64,000 nt of DNA from Strigamia acuminata (lineage: Eukaryota). Under the pieces are notes generated by a model. It ran no database searches. It was not told the DNA's origin and saw only the letters and a program-made list of their open reading frames with translations. Position numbers and translations under genes: made by a program. This document shows, in pieces, positions 52,601 through 62,690 of the stretch. Every line of letters begins with the position of its first letter. The first letter of the stretch is position 1. The stretch lies in contig OX442314.1 in assembly GCA_949358305.1 (NCBI GenBank), positions 13,206,001 through 13,270,000 on the forward strand, in the 5' to 3' direction.

Positions 52601-53716
52601 CCGTTCTGTGATCTTCCCGACCGACATCAAATTCGTTCGTAGATCTCGCACCAAAAGAGTTTCCGCCAAATCCAGCTTCACATTTCCGTTCCCGGTGTTG
52701 ACGACAATTTTCGCGGTTCCTTTTCCGTCGATTTTTGTACTCGCTTTGCTGGCCAAATTCAGTTTTTGGTTTTTCAGGAATTCGATCGTCGAAAATGTTG
52801 AATCGTTCGAGCACATGTGGGAGCTGGCGCCGCTGTCCAAACACCAATTTTTCGGTCGTGACGTCTCGCTTATCAGCGCTGTCTCGATTTGCTCGCAGAA
52901 AAATAATTCGTACTTGGATTTCTCGGCTCTTGATGCGCTTTCCTTCTTGCTTTTACTTCGGCAATCGGCGATTTTGTGGCCAATTTTTCCGCAACCGTGA
53001 CACTTGTATTTGAAAACTGGCTTCTCGGTCGAATTCGAATTTTCGTCGCCGTATTTCTTTGGTTGCTTACGTTTTTGGAACGTTTTTCTGGCCATCATGG
53101 CGTCCGACACGTCTTCTTTTCCTTTTCCGCGGGCGATCGACTCGTCTTTGATTTTTCCCTCCAAAACTTCCAGCGATGGCAATTTATCTTGGGATTCTAT
53201 TGCGCATCGAAAGTTGTCGTAGGAATTTGGCAAACTCAGTAGCAGTAGAATCGTTGTGAAATCTTCGGGCATTTTAAAATCCATGTCTAGCAATTTGTCT
53301 ACTAGTTCGAAGAATTCTTTTAGGTGACTCTCCACGTTTTCTCCGTCCGCCATCTTGTGTGTCGCGAGTCGTTTTAACAACGTGATTTTTCTTGCCGGTC
53401 CTTTCGATTGGTACACACTATGCAACTTCCTCCACAATTCATTTGCGGTGCTGCAATTTTTGGCCATTCGAAGTTCAGATTGCTTTATGTTTAGCAAAAT
53501 GTCATTTTTGGCTGTTCGATCACTTTTCTCCCACGTCTCGATCTCCTTCATACGTTTCGCGTTGCCTTCAATGGTCTCTGGTCGTTTCGACGTACCTTCC
53601 GCGTGCACGAGTAGGTCCCGTTGATCCAAAATTGCTTCCATCTGGATCTTCCATGTGTCGAAGTTTTCCTTTCCCAACGCCTCGATTCGAGCTGAATTTC
53701 CGCCGCCGTTCGCCAT
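49616..53716 (-). CDS. copia Gag-Pol polyprotein, 1366 aa
   Basis: Gag NFDTWKIQM; zinc knuckle CHGCGKIGHKIADC; protease LDSGASSHM; WHKRLGH...CETC; integrase HSDVCGP, SDNGKEY, NGVSER; RT YVDD; RNase H YTDADW, STEAEY. No stops or frameshifts. Confidence 0.98.
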   Translation of the reverse strand: MANGGGNSARIEALGKENFDTWKIQMEAILDQRDLLVHAEGTSKRPETIEGNAKRMKEIETWEKSDRTAKNDILLNIKQSELRMAKNCSTANELWRKLHSVYQSKGPARKITLLKRLATHKMADGENVESHLKEFFELVDKLLDMDFKMPEDFTTILLLLSLPNSYDNFRCAIESQDKLPSLEVLEGKIKDESIARGKGKEDVSDAMMARKTFQKRKQPKKYGDENSNSTEKPVFKYKCHGCGKIGHKIADCRSKSKKESASRAEKSKYELFFCEQIETALISETSRPKNWCLDSGASSHMCSNDSTFSTIEFLKNQKLNLASKASTKIDGKGTAKIVVNTGNGNVKLDLAETLLVRDLRTNLMSVGKITERGHKVIFDDKSAEVINPKGEIVFTAEKRNGLYYIVDETEDAATAAEIEVGTGSKPAKPASTKIQEWHKRLGHLNESSLKILNEKADGMNLEKDAKLPTCETCIEGKHASTKFPDSTSKSEKLLELVHSDVCGPMPTKSMNGSRYFVTFTDDKSRWCKVYFLKHKSEVFEAFKSFKTFCERETGCALKVLRSDNGKEYVNKKFDAYLQENGIKRQTSVERTPEQNGVSERMNRTLIEMARCMLLQAKLPNSYWAEAINTACHIRNKCPTRSLENEIPHQVWTGRKPNVDYFRVFGSRVFALDKKPNKGKFEPKSKECILIGYWDGSKAYRLWSKSENKIIKSRDVKFVEKSENETNEECEENDNNNNFNDILTDCRTDQIENGTEISEDEVESAGENEPDNEDERETQHEEAEPRQNENAQIIPRRSSRTPKPYPNRNGDPPRKKYTRKNPTTTNEVLDEIAQIAILDDPTTAAEALNGNDPQEWMKAMKEEYDALIENETWEECDRPKNRNVIGCRWVLRTKFEADGSIERRKARLVAKGYAQQPGIDYFETYAPVARPGSIRMMMAIAAELGLTVHQMDAITAYLNGEIEEEIFMEFPEYLEFIAGIKIKKGKVCRMKKALYGLKQSGRQWYKKLDEKLQKHGLKPTNADPCVYYQMNGEVITLVAIYVDDFIIATNCKRNLEKLKSNLKSEFKMKDLGQIHYCLGIEFKQDEKTKSITMAQKKYVKDILNRFGMQDCSKNTTPLDANQKLQKNKKKEDGTDEELLDPEKFPYQSLIGSLMYLAVCTRPDISYTVSALSQYNTCFTGTHWTAAKRVLRYLKHSSNLGLKFEKTGKDLVGYTDADWGANLDDRRSYTGYCFKLANATICWEARKQKTVATSSTEAEYMALADASKEAIYLRNFLDEIKYINKKKETTLIYSDNQGAHKLVRNPIFHSRTKHIDIRHHFVRETCERGDIDIEFLESEKMVADVLTKGLFKPKHEELIAQFGLKEIV

Positions 53717-53807
53717 CGTTTCTTAGTTCTGTTTCTTGTGGAATGTTCGTGTTAAATTCGTTTTTAACTTCCTCGAATGTTCCGGTACAAAACTTGATGA
53801 TTTTTAA

Positions 53808-53837
53808 GCGCAGTGGAAGCGTGCTGGGCCCATAACC
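53808..53837 (-). promoter_or_regulatory. copia primer-binding site complementary to the 5' half of initiator tRNA-Met
   Basis: Directly abuts the 5' LTR. The - strand reads GGTTATGGGCCCAGCACGCTTCCACTGCGC. Confidence 0.92.
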
Positions 53838-54052
53838 TGTAGTTTTTGTTCTAATATGTTGGAGGCATAAAAATGGAGACGCTTGGCTTTTTGGTGAAAT
53901 ATTAACAGTGATGGTTTTAATCTAAAACAGATGTTTAAAAGTGCGCGGAGCACTAAATACAAAACAGGGCACTGATTGGTCAGTGCCAAATACAGGTGCA
54001 CAGGTGGTAAAGACACCTGGCGGACAGGAATATAACATTCAATAAAACAACA
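53838..54052 (-). repeat. copia 5' LTR
   Basis: 215 bp, TGTTG...CTACA on the - strand, identical to the 3' LTR. Confidence 0.97.
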
Positions 54053-57000
54053 AAAAAAAATGTATGGAATGAAATGGGATGAAATGGGAGATGGGGAAAG
54101 TGAAATGGTGGAATGTTAGAAATGGAAAGGAAAGAAAGGAAAAGAAAAATAATTTGTTGAGACGGACGTTGCTTTTTACTGAATCCCCCTGCAGTAAGTG
54201 TGCTTTAGTAAGATTGAATTTTGAGTAAACATGCAGGAGGAAAAAAATCACCACTAGCAACTAAATTCTAGTAGATTTTTTTTTTTTTTTTTTTTTTTTT
54301 TCTACCCACATGCATTTGTTTTTGAAGACTTTAATTTTGCCATTGTAAATCTTTGATAGTGATTTTTTTTTTAATGTATTTTGCATTTTTGATAATACCC
54401 GGAGGTATTTTGGTTTTAATATTCGGGATACCATGGATTCTTCATTATGAAAAATATTATTACATTGTTTGTTTTTAAAGTTGTATCGTTTGTGTTTACT
54501 TAGACGCTTTATTTATAGTTTTCTAGGTTTGTTTTGTGTTTTTGTAGTTTGGAATTATCGGAACGCGCTTATAGGAATGAAAATGCGATTTCAGATAAAT
54601 AAATAAGGGGTTTATTCGACTTTGTTTACTGTTTGAATGAAATTGAAAACAGACATTAAAAATATAATTGTTTTCATAAGAAAATATATTTTTTTACATT
54701 TTTAAATTTGTTTTTTTTGTGGATTGATTTTAGTGTTTAGGTAAAATTTCTATTCAAAAAAGTTTGAAATATTTAATTCATAAGATGGAAAATACTTAAA
54801 TACTTTTGTTTTGAAGAAAAATGTATAAATTATTGACACATATTGGTAATTTTTTACATCATTTGTTGAAAAGCGTAAACAACATTAATGAGAGTGATGA
54901 TTATTGCTCTAATTTACACTAGTATAAATGCAGGCAGATTGTTTGCACTGTAAATGTGGATTAATTGCACATGATGGTGATTATTTACAAAACGTTCATT
55001 ACAGATGGTACTCTTCCGTTCTGAGAGTAAGGATAAACTCAGCACCTTGTTTGTTTTGCGAATGTCTTGAAAACTGCAATTTATGATTGCATTTGTGGAG
55101 ACGTTTCTCCATACTTATTGATTACGGTCGAAAGGCCGTGAGTTTGTCTCATGTTTTCCAAGACAAAGTGCACCCGCCCGTCTGCTTCTTGGGTTAGAAT
55201 TTGGTTAAGCCCACATGCAATTGAATTTGTTTATTGAAGATGTCACAGAATTTCGACAGAAACTAGCTCCGAATTAAATGTTCAGCAGACAAATGATGCA
55301 GTATTATGTACTGTAATCGTGTAAAATTTAAAATATCTGTATTTGGCACATTTACTGAGGAAAATAACGAGTTGAATTAGTGCAGAAAGTTGCAAGATTA
55401 AAACCAAATGTGTTTATGTTTAAATAATTTCAAAATAATTTATTTACGCAGAGTAATCCATAAATTAGATACATATATTTATTCTAAAATAAAAGGTTTC
55501 CGAAACTAGCTAAAGATGAAACATTAATGTCTTATTTTCTTTTTACCTTACACTTAATTTCCTCGTGACAAGGAAAACTAGTCGCGAGTTGTTTACAAGT
55601 GCTGCATTAAGTCTTGACCTAATAGGACAAATAAACAGAGACAGTTTGGAAGCAAGTTCATCAGGTCGTTCATAAATTATTTACCAACTCGTAATTAAAA
55701 ATTAAAATAAAACTTTTTCTAATAAGGGTTTGTCAGAGACGAGAAAGTGCAATTAAAAGTGGAATTGATAAAAACAATCGAGAACACAGCACTAGGTAGT
55801 TTTTCATCTCTTATTTTTAATTTAACTTTAACTGAACCGGTGCTGATTGTGGAATTAAAATTGAAACAAAAGTCGGAAGTAATTAAAGAAAGGCTAGAAG
55901 TTCTTAAAAAGCTGTCAGCTAGGAAACAGCGAGCTGTTACGGGCGTCATTTGGACCATGCTTCGGAATTTTACGATGGCAAAATGAATGGCTTTACTTGT
56001 ACAATTTTTTCCATCTCTCTCTCGCACACTTCTTTCCCTTCTCCAACACGTATAAAACACATGTTCCCCTCGGAATTTCATATTCGCAGAAACTTTCTTG
56101 CATTAATCGGCGCCTACTCTTATATATATATGTATATATATGTATATGTATATACGGGTGCTCGGTCCTTTTTCACATCTGCTACTCACACTCTCTGTTG
56201 GCTGGTATTAAATGTCTTCTGGCACCAGCTATTGACACCAAAGGCAAAGTGGCTTTGCCTGCTGGTGCCCAATGTCTTTGCTCGTGGGACCCACGGGAGT
56301 CGTCAGCTGTGTTTTAAGTTTTCAGTGGACCGATAACAATCTCATTTCCATTTTTTTTTTTTTTTTTTTTTTATTTTTCTTTTGTTTTTCTTTTGTCACA
56401 AAAAGGTAAAGGAGAAAAATGTTGGTCTTATCATGGTCGCCCTTTGCGCTCCGCTGCTGACCACTGTTTGCAACGAGGTAATTGCAAACGAGGAAAAGCA
56501 GAAAAGATGGTGGAAAAGTCACGTCCGTGGGGTTTAATATGATTCGTGTTGGGTCGACGTCAACAGATTTGAACACGACCTTTAGTGAACCCTTTCTCTA
56601 TGTTCTCTTTTGTCAACCCCCTGCAGACGACGAAGGCGCGTGCCACCTTTCCCTTTCCCTTTCTCCTCTTGTTCGGGGATATTAATTTGGCATTGCAGCA
56701 CGCGCCCGATGCCAGTCGAGGTATTTTCATACGACTTGTCTTTGCCAATGAAATTGCTCGATACTTATTTGATGAGACTTAACCGATTAAAGTGTTCAAA
56801 TTTGAACTGCGTTTGGGGATTAGTGCGGGCTCGGTGTCAAGATTTTGTTTGTTTTTGCTGCTGCGTGACAAGCATGATGGATCACTCGGGTTGACATTAG
56901 CCTCATTTATTGTGGCCATTTATTTTCATGATGCAGTGAAAACATGCTTTTGGAGGGCACTTTGGAATCTTCAGGTTTGGAACGGAGAAAGAGCATCGCC

Positions 57001-57712
57001 CTCGGAGCACTCATTTGCCTCGGCATTGGCAGCGTGCCAGTCGCCGCTCTATTTTATTTTACATTTCTCTCCCTTTGACTATCACCAAATGATTGGCACT
57101 GGCACATCACATCGGTGGCGTTGGTGGCTCTGCCTTTTTAAATCTATAACTCTAAATATTTGCTTGTGTGTTATAAACGTGTCTCTTTAACGCAACTTTG
57201 GTGGCAACAACCGAAGTGATATCATTTGTTGCGTGCAATTTATTGAACAGTTATGTTTCCATTAAAGAAGCGGAGGGAAGCGAAGCATTTGGCAATATTC
57301 TTTCCTATGTGCCATACGACCTCAACATTCAAAGTCATCGTCTAGCGACGTGTCAAATGTACATGCTTGTTAGCACTGGCCGACCTTAGGAACCGCCGCA
57401 ACGGCGTTGTGTGGGGAATATGGCCCCATGGACCAATGACTGGTGCGGACTCTTATTGGCGCCTTTCTCGTACAGCGCAGATAAGTGCGTGCACATGCAA
57501 TAAAAGTCTGACCTTTTCTCTTATTTTTCCGGCGAGGAGGAGAGGGAGGGAGGGAGGCGAGTCGACGTGCAAATTCTCGAGTCTCGTCGTTTCTGAATGA
57601 GAAATGAGAAATCTATAACTGTGACCTTTTAAATTTGGAAAACAAATGAGAATGACATTTGGGGATTGAAATTTTTATTTTATTAAAATGTTTTTTTTTT
57701 TATTTCTTATAG

Positions 57713-57871
57713 TTTTTTATCACGGTTGATGGAGTTTACACTGAAAGAGGAACAACTGCAGGGCCCTTCACCATGTTGTCTAGCAGTGCAGTCTACGTTG
57801 GAGGCAGCGACAACACCGAGGGCTTACAGGGATCTCGAATTAGGAGCAACTTTGTTGGTTGTTTGAGAAAG
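57713..57871 (+). CDS. Nrx-1: alpha-neurexin exon: second part of LNS2
   Basis: tttcttatag|TTT...AAG|gtttgt, 159 nt, phase 0/0. Peptide FFITVDGVYTERGTTAGPFTMLSSSAVYVGGSDNTEGLQGSRIRSNFVGCLRK. Not present in the ORF track. Confidence 0.95.
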
Positions 57872-58666
57872 GTTTGTGAGATAAATATTCTGACTTAGAC
57901 AACTAATGAGTCAGTGACAGTTGACGCAGTTCTATGTTCTAGTTTTTTAAATTTGTGTTTAAATGTTATTTTACTAAACTTACGGAACGTTTTAGAACGT
58001 TTTCTAAACTTATGAAACCGGTGTCATTTTAAAACTCAGAAAAAAATTTACTTCTCACAGATTACTTTTTAGGTGAATTAATTCTATTTGAACCATTTTA
58101 TAACACTAGAAAAATCGGGTTGCTAACTGCTTTCAATTCTAGGTTTTGCAGCCATAAAGTTTGATTTTTGCTATTTTTAATTTTTTTTTTCTAAACTTAT
58201 GAAAAGTAGTCGTATATATTTTTTTTGGAAATTTTTTTTTTTAATTTTGTTTAATAATATTAGATTCAATCATTTATCTTGGCTGTCAGACTGGATTCAC
58301 CTGAGAATCGAATTGCTCGAACACCATCTGTTGATTCGATTCGTCTAGAGAAACGGATTAAAGATTACTTTTCTCAATACTCATTACATCATAGACAGAA
58401 ATATGAAATTGGTTTAATTCTCAATGGGCACAATGCAATTGAAAGTACAAGGGTTGATTTCAATTTAACTGTCGTTGCGAACATTCGCTTACATCCAACT
58501 TGATGTTTGAGTTAAAACTGTAGAGTTGAACTTTTTTGATCATTTGTGTAACCATTTATGCGAGTAAGTTGGAGTTGTTGACATTGCATGTATAGCGGAA
58601 GTTATTGGGCAATTCAATTAAAACCGGTATGTCTGATGTTATATTTTCTTTGCGCACGCTCCGTAG

Positions 58667-58819
58667 GTTGAATTCACTGCCGACACCCTTAATTTGAACT
58701 TGATCGAACTGGGCCGTCTTGGCAATAAGCTCATCAACGTCCATGGCAACATCCAGTTCATGTGTCAAGAAGTAGAAGCGGCTGATCCAATCACTTTCAC
58801 CAACAAGGAATCTTTCTTG
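58667..58819 (+). CDS. Nrx-1: alpha-neurexin exon: LNS2 end and LNS2-LNS3 linker
   Basis: ccgtag|GTT...TTG|gtaaat, 153 nt, phase 0/0. Peptide VEFTADTLNLNLIELGRLGNKLINVHGNIQFMCQEVEAADPITFTNKESFL. Confidence 0.95.
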
Positions 58820-59428
58820 GTAAATATCACAATCTCGTTTCCTCACATATTCTACTAACACACTGGTGAAATGTCGACTTTGCATCTCCTACCTACACGA
58901 TATCGATTTGAACGTTCAAACAACTGTTGACATGCTTTTGGGCCCTCTAATGACACGATTTCGGCAAAAGCTTATTGTATGCTCAAAAACACACGGTCAC
59001 GCGAAATGATTCGATGGCCGCTGGGAAATGCCACTGTTGAGGTCGAAACACTTTTGGTTCGCACTGCCCTGTGTTCACCTGCTGCTAATTGCTAGCTGTA
59101 AAGAAAAGGTCGTGAACTATCGATCCATATGGAGTGGGCTCGCGCAATAATTATGGGGTTAGAAAGGAAGGAAGGAAGAAAAGTCTTTTTTTTTTTTTTT
59201 TTTTAAAGAAGATATTTAGAAGAATTATGTGTTCGCTGAGAATAGATTTTAATTTTTTTTTTTTACCAGCAAAATTTTGTTAAGAATTCAGATTTTTTTA
59301 TATATGTTTTTTAGCCGAATTGTGGTCGTTGTCAGCGGCTTGCGTATGCAGCTATCGGTTGGTCGCATGGAAGAATCCACCTCCATCTTTCAACCAACTG
59401 ATAACTGCAATCGTTAAGGACTTAAGTT

Positions 59429-59615
59429 CTCATGTGGTTCAAAAATATATTTTATAATATATTGCTTTTTGCGGAATAAATTCCAAAAGTTCATTATTTG
59501 TATATTAAATAATGTATTTCATAATACAATCGAAAAAATTGAAAATTCATTCATATTTGACATTGAATTCAATGCATTTCAAAATACATTGCAAAATATT
59601 TTTGAATCATGTGGG
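59429..59615. mobile_element. MITE of the CCC...GGG family
   Basis: tt|CTCATGTGGTTCAAAAATAT ... ATATTTTTGAATCATGTGGG|tt, with a possible 2-bp TT TSD. Confidence 0.65.
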
Positions 59616-61739
59616 TTGACCGGTTAGGTAAAATTTTTTTTTTTTTTGTTTTTCTGAATTATTTAAGTTTTCAAATTCAAAACTCAAAAGCAAGAGAAAA
59701 AAATATTTAATCTCATATTTTCCGTGAGTAAGAAATTGTTTTGTTTCCATAAGAATCTTGCGAAATTCCAATTACGTAAGTTCAGGTTATATCTGGCGCT
59801 TAAACAAACATAAGTTTTAAGTTAGTAAACGGAAATTATTACCGAATGTTTCTGTCTGGATAGCGACAAAACCCTTCGGCGGTTAGCATGTAATAATAAA
59901 TCCAACAACTATTTTGTTTATTGGATTTTATCCATCCAACGAGGATGCCTCCAGTTTTAACCCTAACGACTAGGGCATGGACTAGGTCAACGTCGAGACG
60001 GAAGATTTGGACAAGTGCTTGTAAACAATCTCTTATCTCACAATGAATGAAACACATTGAATATTAATTGAATATTAATTTCTGCAATGAACCATGTAAA
60101 GCCTGTTGGCACAAGTGCGAGAGATTATAAGCTAAAGAGTTTTCTTGATTTTGATTGAAAATGGCCGGGAATCTCGCAAAATTACATCAGCTCTTTCTTG
60201 ATTGCTTCTTGAATATGATTTTTTTTTTCTAGAAGAACTTTTCAAATTGATAATTTGGCTGTGCCATATCAATTTCTCGTCGTATTATTTTCAATAAATT
60301 GATTTTTACATTCCGTCTGTTTGAAATTTCAGCCATGAAGTCATAAAACAAGTGAGCGCGTATGGTCCTGTATGCTATTACTCTTGTTGTGTAACTTGCT
60401 TGCAATCTCTCAAACGAAGGTTCAATTCATGCTTATGCATACAAAATAAACTGGAAAGAGCTTAGAATGACTCCAATGCTAAGTTATATTCATTATTACC
60501 GGTACCGTAAGACTTTTTTTTAAAAAAGGTGATGTATGATTTTCTAATTAGATTTGAACTAAGTAAATGTTCTTAAAGAGGATTAAACATCCGAGCAATA
60601 ATTTACTACTGGTGAAGTGGAAAGCTTAATGAAAATATTTTTTTTGAATTCTAGATAAGTAGTTTATATATATTTATACAATGCCTATTCCATTATTCAC
60701 AATTTGTTCTATTTTTTTTAGAAAAATTAAAAAGCACTTGTGCTACTGCCAAAGGGTTGCTGCCAGACTTTTCAAAAATCCGACACATCGTTAGCTTAAG
60801 CTTCTTATTTCTGATTAGATTTAAACTAGGTGAATATTCTTGAGGAGGATTATTAGACGTCTAAGTAATAATGTACATCTAGGCTAATAAGTTTCACCAT
60901 TAATCTTAAATGGTAGAGAGTATAGAATTAATTTCTATGTATATTAATGTGCACTTGAGGTACCCACTTCCATTGTCCACAAGGCGCATTCATAAAGCCA
61001 TTTAACCTTGTTTAACATTAGTTTAAATAATCTAAACAAGTTAAAATGGCTTTTTGGATGCGCCTATGTTTATTTCTGCACTTGTTTCTACTGCCAAAGG
61101 CTTGCTGCTAGATTTTTTTGTTTCTACAAACTTTTTGTTTGGCGACTGATTTTCACAATAATTGATTGATTGATTTGTAAATGAAATTTAATGTTTTGTA
61201 TACGCACACTATACACTTTTATCTTCACTTTCACTTTCCCTATTAACTGTTAGTAGTGTGTAGTAGGCAATAAAAATGGCACTCTTTTGTCTGGCACTTA
61301 GGAATCAGGTAGCCGTGAGGACCCTATTACCTTTACTACCATGGATTCTTTCTTGGTAGGTACTGAATTCTGTCCGTGGGAATGTATTCATTTATATGTA
61401 TTTATACTCCCACCTTATTTGTTTATAAGTTTTTATGGATAAATCTTTATGACTTTTCATTAGTAGATAGGCCTATTCTATTTATGTTGGCTTTTTGCCT
61501 TTTTCTTAACGTGGACTGAAATTTGGAAATTAAAATCTCTAAATTACATGTGTCTGTGGAAATGAAAAGTGTTTTCCACACATTTTTAATGAGGTCTTGG
61601 CTTTTAAAATATTAATTCTATTAAAAGCTTATTAATACTGTTATTAAAAAGTTCTTGACTTTTTCTGAGTCGAACAATTACCAAACTTTGTATTATTTGC
61701 TTGAATTGAATTGAATGTTGTTGCACTTTTTTGTTTTTC

Positions 61740-61795
61740 TTTTCTCTCCTCTCTTTCTCTCTTTCTCTTTCTCTCTCTCTCTTTCTCTTTCTCTT
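61740..61795. repeat. CT-rich microsatellite
   Basis: (CT/CTT)n pyrimidine tract. Confidence 0.85.
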
Positions 61796-61982
61796 TATTT
61801 GCTTTTTATGCAATTCAGCACGGGAAATGGCAGTAATCACAGCAGTTGGGTGCTTAATAGTTTTGATAATTATTTTTTTACTTTTTTGTTTCTCTTTAAA
61901 AAAAAATTCAATAATTTATTCATCGATTTTATATCAACATTTGTTGTGTGCATGCTTTTTTTTTCTTCTCTTCTTTCTTTAG

Positions 61983-62283
61983 ATTCTCCCAAGTTGGGAA
62001 GGAACTCGAACTGGCAGCATCAGTTTCAAGATCCGTACGAACGAGCCAAACGGATTACTCATGTATAACAGCGGCGCCACAACTGCAGGCGGCGATTTTT
62101 TCGCTTTCGAGATGATGGACGGACATATTTATTTACTACTCAACTTGGGCTCAGGTGCAGTCAAAGTGAAGGCGAGCAATCGACGCGTGGACGACGGGCA
62201 TTGGCATGCCATCACTTTGCGCCGTTCTGGTCAAACGGCAAGAGTCACGGTCGACGAATCTGCAGCCGATTTCGTCACGCCAG
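61983..62283 (+). CDS. Nrx-1: alpha-neurexin exon: LNS3 first part
   Basis: tctttag|ATT, peptide ILPSWEGTRTGSISFKIRTNEPNGLLMYNSG...DFFAFEMMDGHIYLLLNLGSGAVKVKAS...DDGHWH...DFVTP. Ends CCAG|gcaatt (phase 1, GC donor). Confidence 0.93.
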
Positions 62284-62354
62284 GCAATTTAAAAAAAAAA
62301 TCTAAAAAATTTTATATATTTATAAAAAAATATTTTTTTTGCTAATTTGCATAG

Positions 62355-62690
62355 GGGAATCGAATCAGTTGGATTTGGAAGGCGCGCTTTTCGTCGGCGG
62401 AGTGGGCACTAGTTTGGATGCGATTGTCGTGCCCGTTGAACTATGGACAGGAACTTTGCGTTATGGTTACGTGGGCTGCATGCGTGATCTGGTTGTGAAC
62501 GGCAATGCTGTCGACATTGCCACGTATGCCAAGAAGCAGGACTCGGGAAGTATTCGGCCTGCGTGCCACACACTGCCACCGCAATGCGACAGTCAACCAT
62601 GCATGAACGGGGGAGTTTGCTCCGAAGGCTGGAACCGCTTCATCTGCGATTGCTCGGCAACGGGTTTCGTGGGACCAACTTGTGGAAAAG
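62355..62690 (+). CDS. Nrx-1: alpha-neurexin exon: LNS3 end and EGF2
   Basis: gcatag|GG...AAAG|gtataa, 336 nt, phase 1/1. Peptide (G)ESNQLDLEGALFVGG...GYVGCMRDL...CDSQPCMNGGVCSEGWNRFICDCSATGFVGPTCGK. Confidence 0.95.

Larger units (their letters stand above)
49279..54052 (-). mobile_element. Full-length Ty1/copia LTR retrotransposon (4774 bp), antisense to the host gene
   Basis: Two 215-bp TG...CA LTRs, AAAAA TSD (49274-49278, 54053-54057), PBS, PPT and a single intact gag-pol ORF in the order PR-IN-RT-RH. Confidence 0.98.

Noticed and set aside
49640..53835. Many + strand ORFs up to 229 aa inside the copia element
   Set aside because: Antisense shadows of the gag-pol frame with no recognisable motifs.
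53808..53837. Initiator tRNA-Met gene
   Set aside because: Only 30 nt match, with no acceptor stem or T arm. It abuts the LTR, so it is the PBS.
55719..56336. Overlapping ORFs of 79-128 aa
   Set aside because: No domain motifs and no fit with the neurexin exon chain.
58556..58885. 109-aa minus-strand ORF
   Set aside because: Antisense shadow of neurexin exon 58667-58819.
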